This document shows, piece after piece, positions 48,944 to 59,845 of a stretch of 64,000 bases of DNA. The notes beneath the pieces were generated by a model that had not been told where the DNA came from, made no database searches, and worked only from the letters and a program-made list of their open reading frames with translations. The position numbers and the translations under genes were made by a program. Source of the stretch: Bacillota bacterium (GTDB taxonomy: Bacteria > Bacillota > Ch66 > Ch109); contig JBMNLH010000001.1 in the NCBI GenBank assembly GCA_050952625.1, positions 672,001 through 736,000 of the forward strand. Direction: 5' to 3'. Each line of letters starts with the position of its first letter. The first letter of the stretch is position 1.

Positions 48944-49825
48944 TTGTTAAGAAGTATGACCGGTTTTGGCCGGGGAGAAGCAGTAATTACAGGCAAACGA
49001 ATAACTGTGGAAATAAAGTCGGTTAATCATCGTTACTGTGAGGTTGCGACTCGTTTGCCCCGAATTTACTCAGCCCTAGAAGAAAAAATAAGACGGACTG
49101 TCCAGGCGCGGGTTTCTCGGGGACGCCTGGACGTTTTTGTGAATGTTGTCCAAGAGGGAGAAAAAACTGCTCTGGTAAAGGTTGACAAGGGATTAGCCAT
49201 GGCTTATTATAATTCTCTAAGAGAATTGGGCGAACTGCTGCAGATTTCGCCCGAAATCACCGCTGAACAGCTTTCACATTTTCCTGGAGTCTTAGTGCTT
49301 CAGGAAGAGGAAGATGATCTGGATATCTTATGGTCCGGCCTGGAAGAGGCGATTATTTTGGCGATGGACAGTTTAGTAGAAATGAGGGAAATCGAAGGAA
49401 ACCGCCTTAACTACGATATTATACATAGAATAGGCAAAATTGAGCAATTTATAAATGAAATTAGTGTTCAAGAACCGAAGGTAGTTAATAATTATCGGGA
49501 ACGATTAAGCAACCGGGTCCGGGAGCTGATTAGTGACCAACTAGTAGTTGATGAGAGCCGACTGGCTACCGAGGTAGCTGTGTTTGCGGAACGTTGTAAT
49601 ATAACCGAAGAACTAGTTCGCCTAAACAGCCATCTAACGCAGTTTCGGCAGCTTATTAATTCCGATGATTCAATTGGTCGCAAGCTGGACTTTCTGGTTC
49701 AGGAACTGCACCGAGAGGCTAATACAATCGGTTCCAAAGCGAATGACGCCGAGATTTCCCATTTAGTAGTCGAAATTAAAAGTGAATTAGAAAAAATCAG
49801 AGAACAAATTCAAAATGTAGAGTGA
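48944..49825 (+). CDS. yicC: YicC/YloC endoribonuclease
   Basis: SMTGFG, KSVNHRY, EELVRL.SH, GRKLDF, IREQIQNVE. Confidence 0.95.
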   Translation: MLRSMTGFGRGEAVITGKRITVEIKSVNHRYCEVATRLPRIYSALEEKIRRTVQARVSRGRLDVFVNVVQEGEKTALVKVDKGLAMAYYNSLRELGELLQISPEITAEQLSHFPGVLVLQEEEDDLDILWSGLEEAIILAMDSLVEMREIEGNRLNYDIIHRIGKIEQFINEISVQEPKVVNNYRERLSNRVRELISDQLVVDESRLATEVAVFAERCNITEELVRLNSHLTQFRQLINSDDSIGRKLDFLVQELHREANTIGSKANDAEISHLVVEIKSELEKIREQIQNVE

Positions 49826-49927
49826 ACTCCTCCAGTTCGCGGAACATCAAGACTTCAGATGGAGACTTCACTCCACCTGAGGTTATAAACAAAGCGGCCG
49901 CACTTATATAAGGGGGAGCCTTTTGAA
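49822..49927 (-). repeat. Dispersed repeat family A, copy 4 (overlaps the yicC stop codon)
   Basis: GTGAACTC..GAACATC..CTTCAGATGGAGACT..ACTCCACCTGA..AACAA..CACTTAT..GGGG.GCCTTTTGAA. Confidence 0.8.
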
Positions 49928-50007
49928 GAATTAAGCGATAACCCGTAGATTAGATAATAATTCAGCGAGGAGGTGAATCCTGGTATAGACAACTGCCAGG
50001 AATTGGG

Positions 50008-50280
50008 GTGGAGATTAAATTAATCAATATCGGATTCGGCAATATCGTCTCTGCAAATCGGATTGTTGCGATTGTTAGCCCTGAATCAGCACCAATAAAA
50101 CGAATTATCCAAGAAGCTAGAGAACGTGGGATGCTGGTCGATGCTACTTATGGACGGCGAACCAGAGCGGTTATCATCTCGGATAGTGATCATGTTATTT
50201 TATCAGCCGTGCAACCGGAAACAGTCGCCAACCGGTTATCTGTTAAGGAAGCATCTCATTCAGTAGATGATTCCGAGTAA
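50008..50280 (+). CDS. remA: RemA (DUF370) regulator
   Basis: [25 protein letters not shown]. Confidence 0.96.
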   Translation: MEIKLINIGFGNIVSANRIVAIVSPESAPIKRIIQEARERGMLVDATYGRRTRAVIISDSDHVILSAVQPETVANRLSVKEASHSVDDSE

Positions 50281-50316
50281 GGCAACTTTTCTTTTATTTA
50301 AGGAAAGGAATTATTA

Positions 50317-50916
50317 ATGACCCGGGAAGGAATTCTATTGATCATTTCCGGCCCCTCCGGGGTTGGCAAAGGAACATTATGTGCTGCCTTGCAAAAGGAC
50401 ATGCCAGAATTAAGTTTTTCGATTTCAGCGACTACTCGTTCCCCGCGGCCGGGGGAAGTCCATGGAAAAAATTATTTTTTTTATTCCCGCTCAGAATTCG
50501 AGGCGATGATTAAACGCGACGAATTTTTGGAGTGGGCAGTTGTTTATGACAATCTTTACGGAACACCTAGACAATATGTCATGGATGTCCTTAGTCAAGG
50601 GAAAGATATAGTTCTAGAAATAGATATCCAGGGAGCCCGCCAAATAAAGAAAAGATTTCCTCAGGGTGTGTTTATATTTATCGTTCCGCCCTCTCGGGAT
50701 GAACTAGCCAATCGCTTAGCTCAACGCGGAGCAGATTCAAAGGAAGAAATTGAGCGAAGGATTAATTTAGCTGGTCAGGAACTAGAGAATGCCGCCGATT
50801 ATGACTATATAGTACCCAATGCCGATCTGGAAAAAGCGGTGCAGATACTAAAATCAATTTTGGTGGCGGAAAGGTGTCGGGTGGCACGTAACCGAGTGGA
50901 TATTCCGGGGTTCTGA
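50317..50916 (+). CDS. gmk: Guanylate kinase
   Basis: SGPSGVGKGT, SATTRSPRPGE, EIDIQGA. Confidence 0.98.
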   Translation: MTREGILLIISGPSGVGKGTLCAALQKDMPELSFSISATTRSPRPGEVHGKNYFFYSRSEFEAMIKRDEFLEWAVVYDNLYGTPRQYVMDVLSQGKDIVLEIDIQGARQIKKRFPQGVFIFIVPPSRDELANRLAQRGADSKEEIERRINLAGQELENAADYDYIVPNADLEKAVQILKSILVAERCRVARNRVDIPGF

Positions 50917-50932
50917 TAAAGGGGGAGGTTTC

Positions 50933-51145
50933 GTGGATAAAAGACATACGACAGAGAAGTTGATGGCTAAAGTTGGAGGAAGCAAGTATACCCTAGTCGT
51001 GGCTGCAGCCAAAAGAGCCCGTCAATTGACGGAAGGCCAATCACCCCAGGTAACTCATAAGTCAAACAAACCGGTGTTAATTGCCCTCCGGGAGATAGAG
51101 GCCGGTAAGGTTAAGTGGCAAGGGACTGCAGGTGGAATTAAGTAA
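50933..51145 (+). CDS. rpoZ: RNA polymerase omega subunit
   Basis: SKYTLVVAAAKRARQL, KPV.IALREI. Confidence 0.95.
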   Translation: MDKRHTTEKLMAKVGGSKYTLVVAAAKRARQLTEGQSPQVTHKSNKPVLIALREIEAGKVKWQGTAGGIK

Positions 51146-51232
51146 ACCTGATAAGGGCTTGCCTGTCGGTAAGGGGGGACTGTCTAAAACAGTACCCTTT
51201 CTGTTTTATGCTCAACATAAGGGGGAATAACG

Positions 51233-52441
51233 GTGCTACAGGGAAAAGTAATTGTTGTCGGAGTCTGCGGAGGTATCGCTGCTTATAAGATTGCGGATGT
51301 GGTTAGTCGATTAAAAAAATTACAAGCTGAAGTCCATGTGATCATGACTCAATCTGCGACTGAGTTTATAACTCCTTTAACCCTGGGCACCTTATCTCAA
51401 AACGCTGTGGCTGTGGATATGTTTTGGCAGACAGGTGACCCGCATATTCACCATATTGAGTTAGCGCAGCGAGCTGATTTGATACTGATTGCCCCGGCTA
51501 CAGCGAATATAGTAGGCAAAATCGCCAATGGTATCGCAGATAATCTGCTTTCGACAACCGTGATGGCTGCTACTGTGCCCTTAATGCTCGTTCCCTCGAT
51601 GAACGTGCATATGTATGAAAATCCGATATTCCAAGAAAACTTAAGGAAACTGCGCGGTCATGGTTATCGAATAATTGAACCGGCCTCCGGGCATTTAGCT
51701 TGTGGTGACACCGGCAAGGGAAGACTGCCAGAGGTCGAAGTGATTGTCCAGGAGGTAGTGGACTTTTTAACTCGTAAACCAGATCTTACTGGTCGTCGAA
51801 TCATCGTGACCGCCGGGGGTACCCGGGAAGCCTTGGATCCGGTTAGATTTATCTCAAATCGGAGTACTGGCAAAATGGGTTATGCGGTCGCTGAGGCAGC
51901 GCGAAATAGAGGGGCCGAAGTAGTCTTGATTTCAGCACCGACCTTTTTACCACTACCGGCCGGGGTGCAGGTAATTTCGGTAACCAGTGCTCGGGAGATG
52001 CACGCGGCAGTAATGGAACATTTTCCTGACTGTGATGCCGTCATTAAGACCGCGGCTGTGGCCGATTATCGGCCTCGGGTACCGGCGGAGCAAAAGATTA
52101 AAAAAAGTGACGGTCCACTGGTTATAGAATTAGAGAGAAACCCGGATATCCTGTACGAGCTTGGCCAGCGAAAAAACCGACAGGTACTGGTTGGTTTTGC
52201 GGCCGAAACCCAGGATCTGACCGAGTATGCCCGGGAAAAAATTGAGAAGAAAAACCTGGATTTTATCGTGGCTAATGACGTAACCCGGGAAGGGGCCGGT
52301 TTTGGGACCGATACCAACATTGTTTCGCTTATCTTCCCAGATGGCCGTGTGTTACCATTGCCGCAGATGTCTAAGGCGGAAATAGCTGACCGCATTTTAG
52401 ATGAGGTCATAGCCTTGCCAGCCTGGCAACGGGAGATTTAA
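51233..52441 (+). CDS. coaBC: Phosphopantothenoylcysteine decarboxylase/ligase
   Basis: GGIAAYK, APATAN, LACGD.G.GRL, DPVRFISNRSTGKMG, GFAAET. Confidence 0.98.
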   Translation: MLQGKVIVVGVCGGIAAYKIADVVSRLKKLQAEVHVIMTQSATEFITPLTLGTLSQNAVAVDMFWQTGDPHIHHIELAQRADLILIAPATANIVGKIANGIADNLLSTTVMAATVPLMLVPSMNVHMYENPIFQENLRKLRGHGYRIIEPASGHLACGDTGKGRLPEVEVIVQEVVDFLTRKPDLTGRRIIVTAGGTREALDPVRFISNRSTGKMGYAVAEAARNRGAEVVLISAPTFLPLPAGVQVISVTSAREMHAAVMEHFPDCDAVIKTAAVADYRPRVPAEQKIKKSDGPLVIELERNPDILYELGQRKNRQVLVGFAAETQDLTEYAREKIEKKNLDFIVANDVTREGAGFGTDTNIVSLIFPDGRVLPLPQMSKAEIADRILDEVIALPAWQREI

Positions 52442-52463
52442 ACGCAGGTAAACGCTAGCTTTG

Positions 52464-52552
52464 GTCATTGCTATGAATACAGCAGGTCTTCATTTACTGT
52501 GGTTTGGTCAACTAACCACCCATGCCCGGAGGGCACAATCACCGATGAAAAT
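52464..52552 (+). repeat. Partial family B copy followed by a family D motif
   Basis: GTCATTGCTATGAATAC...TGTGGTTTGGTCAAC then CCCATG..GGCACAATCACCGATGAAAAT. Confidence 0.65.
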
Positions 52553-52639
52553 AGCTAGTATGTTTGTCATTCTCTATTTACTCAAATGACAGCCGAAGTT
52601 AACGCGAATCGGTAGGCATAGAGGTCGATTAAGGAGGAA

Positions 52640-53836
52640 TTGCTGGTGAGTCGAAGACTATTAACTTCTGAATCAGTAACCGAAGGACACCCGGATAAAA
52701 TTGCGGATCAGATTTCTGATGCGGTCCTGGATGCACTCTTGGAACAAGATCCCCTGGCTCGAGTAGCTTGTGAGACTCTAGTAACCACCGGCTTAGTGCT
52801 GGTGGCCGGTGAGATAACCACTGATTGTTATGTAGATATCCCGAAGCTGGTGCGGGAGACGATCCGGGAAATAGGGTACACCCGGGCGAAATTCGGATTT
52901 GACTGTGATACCTGTGCAGTTATCACTTCGATTGATGAACAATCTCCAGATATTGCTCTGGGAGTAAATCAGGCCCTAGAGGCCAAATCCGGTGAAATGA
53001 CTGATCAACACCTGGAAATGATTGGAGCGGGCGATCAGGGAATGATGTTTGGTTATGCCACCAACGAGACCCCTGAATACCTGCCGATGCCGATTGCTTT
53101 GGCTCATAAGCTATCACGTCGTTTAGCTACTGTTAGAAAGAATGGTGAAGTGCCGTATTTGCGACCAGATGGTAAGACCCAGGTCACGGTTGAGTATGAT
53201 GGGGATAAGCCGATAAGAGTCGATACAGTTGTAATCTCGGCACAGCACAGCCCAGAGGAAGATCTTGCCACCATTCGGGAGGATTTGATTGCTAAAGTAA
53301 TCAGACCAATTATTCCACCGCACCTGCGGGACGGACAGACCCGGTATCTCATCAACCCAACTGGACGATTTGTCGTGGGTGGTCCGCAAGGTGACTGTGG
53401 ATTAACCGGTCGGAAGATAATTGTCGATACCTATGGTGGTATCGGCCGCCATGGAGGAGGAGCCTTTTCTGGCAAAGATCCGACCAAAGTTGACCGCTCA
53501 GCTGCTTATGCCATTCGTCACGTGGCTAAGAATATTGTGGCCGCGGGTTTGGCCGATCGGTGTGAAGTCCAGGTCGCGTACGCCATCGGGGTGGCTCATC
53601 CGGTTTCGATTATGGTAGACACATTTGGTACGGCTAAAATCCCCGAGGAACGTTTAGTCGAGTTAATCTTTAAGCACTTTGACCTACGGCCGGCGGCAAT
53701 TATTCAACGACTTGATCTGCGTCGACCCATATATCGTAAAGTAGCCGCCTACGGTCATTTTGGCCGGACTGATCTTGACCTTCCGTGGGAAAGGCTGGAT
53801 ATGGCCGAGGTTTTGAGGCAGGATGCCGGATTATAG
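52640..53836 (+). CDS. metK: S-adenosylmethionine synthetase
   Basis: [26 protein letters not shown]. Confidence 0.99.
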   Translation: MLVSRRLLTSESVTEGHPDKIADQISDAVLDALLEQDPLARVACETLVTTGLVLVAGEITTDCYVDIPKLVRETIREIGYTRAKFGFDCDTCAVITSIDEQSPDIALGVNQALEAKSGEMTDQHLEMIGAGDQGMMFGYATNETPEYLPMPIALAHKLSRRLATVRKNGEVPYLRPDGKTQVTVEYDGDKPIRVDTVVISAQHSPEEDLATIREDLIAKVIRPIIPPHLRDGQTRYLINPTGRFVVGGPQGDCGLTGRKIIVDTYGGIGRHGGGAFSGKDPTKVDRSAAYAIRHVAKNIVAAGLADRCEVQVAYAIGVAHPVSIMVDTFGTAKIPEERLVELIFKHFDLRPAAIIQRLDLRRPIYRKVAAYGHFGRTDLDLPWERLDMAEVLRQDAGL

Positions 53837-53853
53837 GGTAATAGCAGACATAT

Positions 53854-53975
53854 GTCATCCTGAGCTTAGCGAAGAATCTTGCTCCTAGCATAGGAGGGAT
53901 TCTTCGCTTTACTCAGAATTATCGTGCGTTACCGCGCCACAATAAACGAATAAAGGTTATATTCATAGCAACGAC
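53854..53975 (-). repeat. REP-like inverted pair fused to a family B copy
   Basis: GTCATCCTGAGCTTAGCGAAGAATCT...GGATTCTTCGCTTTACTCAGAAT, then the reverse complement of family B up to GCAACGAC. Confidence 0.8.
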
Positions 53976-54158
53976 ACGATAACCGCGCCCGCTACTCTCC
54001 CTCACAACCTCACACACAACTAGCCTATGCCCTGCCCAGCGTTTAACCCCTCACACGTTAAACCTTGACGCCTCATACCTCCCTCACTCCTCACCCCTTG
54101 CCGGATAATGGTTTTTACGGCCAGTGTCTGCTATAATATTTATAAGGGGGGATTAAAT

Positions 54159-56684
54159 GTGGTTCGGAGGTTTGCTCAGGTTGTTCTGACACGGGAACAC
54201 GAACGTCTGAACCGCGTCTTTAGTTACGCCGTTCCAGATTCTTTAGTCCCTAAACCAGAGGTGGGGTCTCGAGTCTGGGTGCCTTTTGGCCGGGAATACC
54301 TGGAAGGGTATGTGGTTGACTTTACGGAAAAAGCGGAGGTTGCTGAGGTCAAGAAGATAGCGCAGGTCCTGGGAGAGGGGCCTGTTTTTAGTCCGGAACA
54401 GATAGAATTAGCCCGGTGGATGGCAGATTATTATATGTGTCCGTTGATTAGGGCAATCAAGGCAATGCTTCCGCCAACTCCGCCGTCCCGAGGGAAACCG
54501 ACAGTTAGTTTAAGTCCTCTGGTTGAGGAAGAATTACTTGAGGTTATGGCGTATTGGGAAAAGATGCATCCACCAGCAGCTCAGCTCCTCCATTACTTGG
54601 CGGATCGGGGAGAAACGCCAGTTAGTCAGTTGTCCCGTCTGGGGATTGCCGATTGGAAAGAAATCTTAAGTCAGTTGGAGAGTCAAGGTTTGGTTTTGCG
54701 GGAAACTCGGCCAATGACCAGGAGCAACACCACTAAGGAACAGATGGTGCAGCTAGCGGTGAGTGCCCAGGAGGCATTGGCTGTTCTGGAGAAAATGCGG
54801 CATCGGGCTCCCCGCCAGGCTAAGCTGCTGGGAATACTGGTCAAGGAAGGTTCCCTGCCGCTGGCCAATCTAATCAATAAGGCCGAGGTTCGGCGGTATA
54901 CTATCCGAGCCCTGCAGGAAAAGGGGTTAATTCGCATTGAGGAAACGAGTGGCGGAGGAGCCAATAGCCAGGTTGCCCTGGTGGATACTGAGCCGGAACA
55001 GGATGACTCACCGGAACAGGAACTAGTCTGGCAGCCAAACCCGGAACAGGCTCTGGCACTGGAAAAAATTTGTAAGGCTCTATTGCAGTCAGACGCCGGT
55101 ATTCCGGCTTCGCCTATCGTCTTACACGGAGTGACCGGCAGCGGTAAGACTGAGGTTTATTTACAAGCGATTCAGTATGTTTTAGCCCAGGGCCGTAAAG
55201 CAATCGTTCTGGTGCCGGAGATATCCCTGACGCCGCAGACCGCGCAACGTTTTCGTCGACGTTTTGGTACTCGGGTAGCGGTCATGCACAGCCGCTTAAC
55301 CCCGGCAGAACGACAGCGAGAGTGGAAGCGGCTTAAAGAAGGAAAAGTAGACATCGTTGCAGGGGCCAGATCGGCTCTTTTTGCCCCGCTAGAAAGACTG
55401 GGCCTAATCGTTCTGGATGAAGAACACGAGAATTCCTATAAGCAGGACCGGGCCCCCCGCTACCACACTCGGGAGGTGGCAATTAAACGGGCGGAGTTAA
55501 CCGGAGCAGTGGTCCTGCTCGGTTCGGCAACCCCGACGCTAGAGACCTATTGGCAGGTGGAACAGGGGAATTTTCAACTCTTAAAGTTAACTGAACGGGT
55601 CAGATCCCGGCCTTTGCCGGAGATTGAGATCGTTGACTTACGTCAGGAGTTAAAAGAGGGCAACCGCAGCATCTTTAGTCAGGCCCTGCAGGCTGAACTG
55701 GCGGAGCGACTCCATAGAAGTGAGCAAAGTATTCTCTTTTTAAACCGCCGAGGATTTTCCACTTTTGTAAATTGTCGTCAGTGCGGTCTGGTTTTACGTT
55801 GCCCCAACTGTGAGGTGTCTCTAACCTATCACCAGGTAGACCATCGCCTGCGCTGCCATTATTGCGATTACCAGCGAGCGATACCGGGTCGATGTCCCGG
55901 ATGTGGCAGCAACTACTTGCGTTATTTTGGGATTGGTACTCAACGAGTCGAAGAGGAGATCCGTCACCTTTTCCCGCAAGCCCGAGTTTTGCGGGTGGAC
56001 GTGGATACGGCAGCCGGACGCAGTTTTTATACGGAATTTGATCAAACATTCCGCCGGGGCGAAGTTGACATTTTGGTGGGAACCCAGTTGATCGCTAAGG
56101 GATTTGATTTTCCGGGAGTCACTTTAGTCGGGGTTGTGACAGCGGATACGGGTCTTAACCTGCCAGATTTTCGAGCATCGGAGCGGACCTTTCAATTGTT
56201 AACTCAAGTTGCTGGTCGGGCCGGTCGGGGGGATCGGCCAGGCAAAGTGATTATTCAAACCTATACACCGGAGCATTATAGTATTTTGGCGGCAGAGCAT
56301 CATGATTTTGATGTCTTCTACCGGGTGGAAAGCCAATATCGTTCGCAGTGGCGGTATCCTCCCTTTCAGGCACTAATTCGGTTGCTGGTTAGCGGTTTGG
56401 TCGAAAATAGAGTCCGGCTAACAGCAGAGATGCTGGGAAGGTATCTGGACCGGTTGATTCAACAAGGGCGTAAACAAAGTCAGTCTGCTCTAGAATTATT
56501 AGGGCCTAGCCCGGCCCCGATGACCCGTATCCGTGGTCAATATCGGTGGCAGATGGTGCTTAGGGGAGAAGAAAAGTCTATTTTGCGGAAAATCGTCCGA
56601 CAAGGAATAGCAGAATTCAGACAGCAAAACAAGAACGGCGATGTCAATATAACGGTAGACGTTGACCCGTTAAGTATGCTATAG
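54159..56684 (+). CDS. priA: Primosomal protein N'
   Basis: GVTGSGKTEVY, DEEHE, two CxxC-rich Zn modules, GTQ.IAKG.DF, QVAGRAGR; GTG start follows AAGGGGG. Confidence 0.97.
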   Translation: MVRRFAQVVLTREHERLNRVFSYAVPDSLVPKPEVGSRVWVPFGREYLEGYVVDFTEKAEVAEVKKIAQVLGEGPVFSPEQIELARWMADYYMCPLIRAIKAMLPPTPPSRGKPTVSLSPLVEEELLEVMAYWEKMHPPAAQLLHYLADRGETPVSQLSRLGIADWKEILSQLESQGLVLRETRPMTRSNTTKEQMVQLAVSAQEALAVLEKMRHRAPRQAKLLGILVKEGSLPLANLINKAEVRRYTIRALQEKGLIRIEETSGGGANSQVALVDTEPEQDDSPEQELVWQPNPEQALALEKICKALLQSDAGIPASPIVLHGVTGSGKTEVYLQAIQYVLAQGRKAIVLVPEISLTPQTAQRFRRRFGTRVAVMHSRLTPAERQREWKRLKEGKVDIVAGARSALFAPLERLGLIVLDEEHENSYKQDRAPRYHTREVAIKRAELTGAVVLLGSATPTLETYWQVEQGNFQLLKLTERVRSRPLPEIEIVDLRQELKEGNRSIFSQALQAELAERLHRSEQSILFLNRRGFSTFVNCRQCGLVLRCPNCEVSLTYHQVDHRLRCHYCDYQRAIPGRCPGCGSNYLRYFGIGTQRVEEEIRHLFPQARVLRVDVDTAAGRSFYTEFDQTFRRGEVDILVGTQLIAKGFDFPGVTLVGVVTADTGLNLPDFRASERTFQLLTQVAGRAGRGDRPGKVIIQTYTPEHYSILAAEHHDFDVFYRVESQYRSQWRYPPFQALIRLLVSGLVENRVRLTAEMLGRYLDRLIQQGRKQSQSALELLGPSPAPMTRIRGQYRWQMVLRGEEKSILRKIVRQGIAEFRQQNKNGDVNITVDVDPLSML

Positions 56685-56741
56685 TTCCGGTAGAAAACAA
56701 CTTAATCAGACGGCTACTTGTTGTCGGAGAGGGGTCAGTAA

Positions 56742-57203
56742 ATGGCTGTTTATGAAATAGTGAAAATTGGTGACCCGGTCCTGCGGGAAAGGGCTAAACC
56801 AGTTAAAAATATCACCCCAAATATTATTAAACTACTGAATAATATGGCTGATACGATGTATAATGCCAAGATTGGCGTTGGCCTTGCGGCACCTCAGATC
56901 GGCATCTCGAAAAGAGTGGTAGTAATAGATATTGGGGAGGGTCTTTTGGAATTGATCAACCCGGAAATCCTGGCCGGCGAAGGATCCTCTGTGGACTCAG
57001 AAGGATGTCTCAGTATTCCGGGAATGACCGGGAAAGTGAAACGCTGGGAAAAGGTTCGCGTTCAAGCTCTTGATCGGCAGGGGCATCGTTTTGAAATCGA
57101 GGGTAAGGGTTTTCTGGCTCGCGCCTTACAACATGAAATCGACCACCTTGAGGGAATACTTTTTATAGATCGAGCCGAAAAAATATATAAATCTCAGGAG
57201 TAG
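56742..57203 (+). CDS. def: Peptide deformylase
   Basis: GVGLAAPQ, EGCLS, QHEIDHL. Confidence 0.98.
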   Translation: MAVYEIVKIGDPVLRERAKPVKNITPNIIKLLNNMADTMYNAKIGVGLAAPQIGISKRVVVIDIGEGLLELINPEILAGEGSSVDSEGCLSIPGMTGKVKRWEKVRVQALDRQGHRFEIEGKGFLARALQHEIDHLEGILFIDRAEKIYKSQE

Positions 57204-57205
57204 GT

Positions 57206-58168
57206 ATGCGAATTGTATTTATGGGTAGTGCTGACTTTGCTGTCACCAGCCTGGAGGCTTTGGCAGCGGCCGGTCATGAACTACTGACAGTGGTTACTCA
57301 ACCGGACCGACCACGGGGAAGGGGACAAAAACTAGCGGTTACTCCAGTAAAAGAACTAGCCTTGAAGCTAGGCCTTTCCATTTACCAACCAAATAGTGCC
57401 CGAGCCCCCGAATTTGCAGCTTGGTTGCGCCAGCAAGCTCCAGAAGTGGTAGTTGTGGTCGCCTACGGGCAAATATTACCGCCTGAGGTCCTGAGGATTC
57501 CCCCACAGGGGTGCATTAATGTCCACGCCTCATTGTTGCCGGCCTATCGGGGTGCCGCGCCAATTCACTGGGCGATTATGAGCGGCGAAAAATTGACCGG
57601 GGTCAGTACCATGTTTATGGATGCCGGGATGGATACTGGGGATGTTGTGTTGCAGCAGCCGGTACCGATCCCTGATGAAGCAACGACCGGTGATCTGTAC
57701 CCCCGGTTAGCCAAGGAGGGGGCCGAACTCCTATTGAAAACTTTGACTTTGTTGAGTCTGGGGAAGGTCATTCGGGTGCCTCAGGACAGTTCCCGCGCCA
57801 CCTATGCTCCGGTCCTGAAACGCGAACATGAGAAGATTGACTGGTCAAAGCCGGCCGAAGTATTACGCAACCAGATCCGGGGCTTAAATCCCTGGCCCGG
57901 AGCTTACACTGAATTTGACGGTAAGGTTCTCAAAGTATGGCGTTCCAGAAGGTGGCAATTAGGGGGGGATCCAGACTCCAATAAAGAGATAAGCAATACC
58001 AGACGACCGGGCGAGGTTATCAGGGTAGTAAAGGATGAAGGTCTACTAGTGCAGACTGGTGCCGGTTGCTTGTTGCTCACTGAGGTACAGCCGACCGGTA
58101 AAAAGCGGATGCCAGCTGATGCCTTTTGTCGAGGGTATCAGATTGGGACCGGGACCGTGTTTGGTTAA
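57206..58168 (+). CDS. fmt: Methionyl-tRNA formyltransferase
   Basis: VFMG, TQPDRP.GRG, NVHASLLP.YRGAAP. Confidence 0.98.
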   Translation: MRIVFMGSADFAVTSLEALAAAGHELLTVVTQPDRPRGRGQKLAVTPVKELALKLGLSIYQPNSARAPEFAAWLRQQAPEVVVVVAYGQILPPEVLRIPPQGCINVHASLLPAYRGAAPIHWAIMSGEKLTGVSTMFMDAGMDTGDVVLQQPVPIPDEATTGDLYPRLAKEGAELLLKTLTLLSLGKVIRVPQDSSRATYAPVLKREHEKIDWSKPAEVLRNQIRGLNPWPGAYTEFDGKVLKVWRSRRWQLGGDPDSNKEISNTRRPGEVIRVVKDEGLLVQTGAGCLLLTEVQPTGKKRMPADAFCRGYQIGTGTVFG

Positions 58169-58254
58169 ATTAGGTGTGAGGCATATAAATTGTTTATCTA
58201 AGATCTCAGATTAAAGAGCTATGACTTAAGCAAAGTATCTGGCAGGGGGGTTAA

Positions 58255-59112
58255 GTGGTGCCCACCAAAAAGCGTCTGTTTGTCGGGTTGATATCGGTCA
58301 GTATGCTAGTGGTGCTCGGCCTATTCGTCTTAGTCTTTTATTTGTTTGCTAATCGAGAAAACCTCTTCAATCAGGTGTTGTTGGTGATGATTGGAACCCT
58401 GCTGGCCGTCGTATTATCAGCGGTTGCCTTTGGGATCGGAGGAATTGTTTTAACCTTGTGGTCAGCCCGAACCATTCCCCCGCTGCAAGGATTAAGCCGG
58501 GTGGCGATTAACCTGATGTTTCCAGTGGCGATCGGGGTAGGCAAGTTGATTGGCATTAAACAGTCAGTAATTCAAGGTTCGTTTATTGAAGTTAATAATC
58601 AGATGGTTCTGGCTAAGGCTCTTAAGATACCCCCGGACAAGGTCCTGTTATTGACCCCTCATTGTTTGCAACGAATGGAATGTCCGCATAAGATTACGAT
58701 AAATGTCCAGAACTGTAAACGCTGTGGCCTGTGTTCAATCAGTGGTCTATTAGAGATTGCCGAACGGTATGGGGCAAAATTAGCCGTAGCCACCGGCGGC
58801 ACATTTGCCAGGCGGTTTGTTGAACAATATCGACCGCGAGCGATTGTGGCGATCGCTTGCGAACGCGATTTATCCAGTGGGATCATGGACACTAATCCCC
58901 TGCCGGTGTTGGGGGTGCTGAATAGACGGCCCCAGGGTCCTTGCATTAATACTGAAGTTGATTTGGCCAAGGTGGAAGAAGCGTTGATTTACTTTGTTGG
59001 TTATCCGGTACCAGCTTCAGACCCGGAAGCTGCAGCTATAACTGATCCTGATCAGTCAATTCGAGCTAGCTCTAACTGGGTAGCAGCACAATTTGGCCAT
59101 AATAATCCATAG
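58255..59112 (+). CDS. DUF116 membrane-anchored Cys-rich protein
   Basis: PHCLQ, CKRCGLC, ATGGT.AR, AIACERDL, GPC.NT. Confidence 0.88.
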   Translation: MVPTKKRLFVGLISVSMLVVLGLFVLVFYLFANRENLFNQVLLVMIGTLLAVVLSAVAFGIGGIVLTLWSARTIPPLQGLSRVAINLMFPVAIGVGKLIGIKQSVIQGSFIEVNNQMVLAKALKIPPDKVLLLTPHCLQRMECPHKITINVQNCKRCGLCSISGLLEIAERYGAKLAVATGGTFARRFVEQYRPRAIVAIACERDLSSGIMDTNPLPVLGVLNRRPQGPCINTEVDLAKVEEALIYFVGYPVPASDPEAAAITDPDQSIRASSNWVAAQFGHNNP

Positions 59113-59143
59113 GAAAGTTGAATTGGCGAAGGAGGAAGATAAA

Positions 59144-59839
59144 ATGTTTTTCCCGATCTTAGATTGGACCATGATTTTGCTTGTCCCAGCGATTCTTCTT
59201 ACTTTGTACGCTCAAATGAAAGTTAAATCAACTTTTAATAAATATTCAAGCATTGCGGCGCGCAGCGGGTTGACTGGGGCCCAAGTAGCGCGCGATCTGC
59301 TGCGCCGAAACGGAGTGCCGGTTAGCGTTGAGCGAACTCCCGGTGAATTAACGGACCATTACGATCCCCGTTCTCAGGTCTTGCGCCTTTCAGGTCCAGT
59401 ACATGATAGCCATTCACTGGCGGCCCTGGGAGTGGCAGCCCATGAGGCTGGTCACGCGATGCAACACGAAGACGGCTACTTTCCCCTGGGTTTTCGAAAC
59501 AGTCTCGTACCGGTGGCCAACTTTGGCTCAACCCTGTCTTTTCCCCTCCTGCTTATTGGCATTTTTATGGGTTCACCGATGTTGGCTCAGCTAGGAGTCT
59601 TTGCTTTTACTGCCGTTGTCCTGTTTCAAGTGGTTACTTTACCGGTAGAGTTTAACGCCAGCAACCGGGCTATTCGCTTGTTGGCTGAAGGTGGCTATAT
59701 CACTCAGGAAGAGGTTGGTCCGACCCGAGCAGTGCTTAATGCCGCTGCTTTGACCTATGTGGCGGCGGCCTTGATGGCTTTCCTTAATCTGGTTCGACTA
59801 CTAATCCTGACCGGTTTTCTAAGCGGAGGAGATGAGTAA
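59144..59839 (+). CDS. YugP-like membrane zinc metallopeptidase
   Basis: LTDHYDP, AAHEAGHA.Q, TLPVEFNAS, AAALTYV. Confidence 0.93.
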   Translation: MFFPILDWTMILLVPAILLTLYAQMKVKSTFNKYSSIAARSGLTGAQVARDLLRRNGVPVSVERTPGELTDHYDPRSQVLRLSGPVHDSHSLAALGVAAHEAGHAMQHEDGYFPLGFRNSLVPVANFGSTLSFPLLLIGIFMGSPMLAQLGVFAFTAVVLFQVVTLPVEFNASNRAIRLLAEGGYITQEEVGPTRAVLNAAALTYVAAALMAFLNLVRLLILTGFLSGGDE

Positions 59840-59845
59840 TAGTTA

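Noticed and set aside
49182-49213. Internal sigmaA promoter in yicC (TTGACA...TATAAT)
   Set aside because: Spacing to TATAAT is 20 nt and the words are explained by coding sequence (VDK..YYN).
52441-52640. SAM-I riboswitch upstream of metK
   Set aside because: No ATCNAGAG..GAGGGA..GGCCC..GCAACC core; the space is filled by repeat families B and D.
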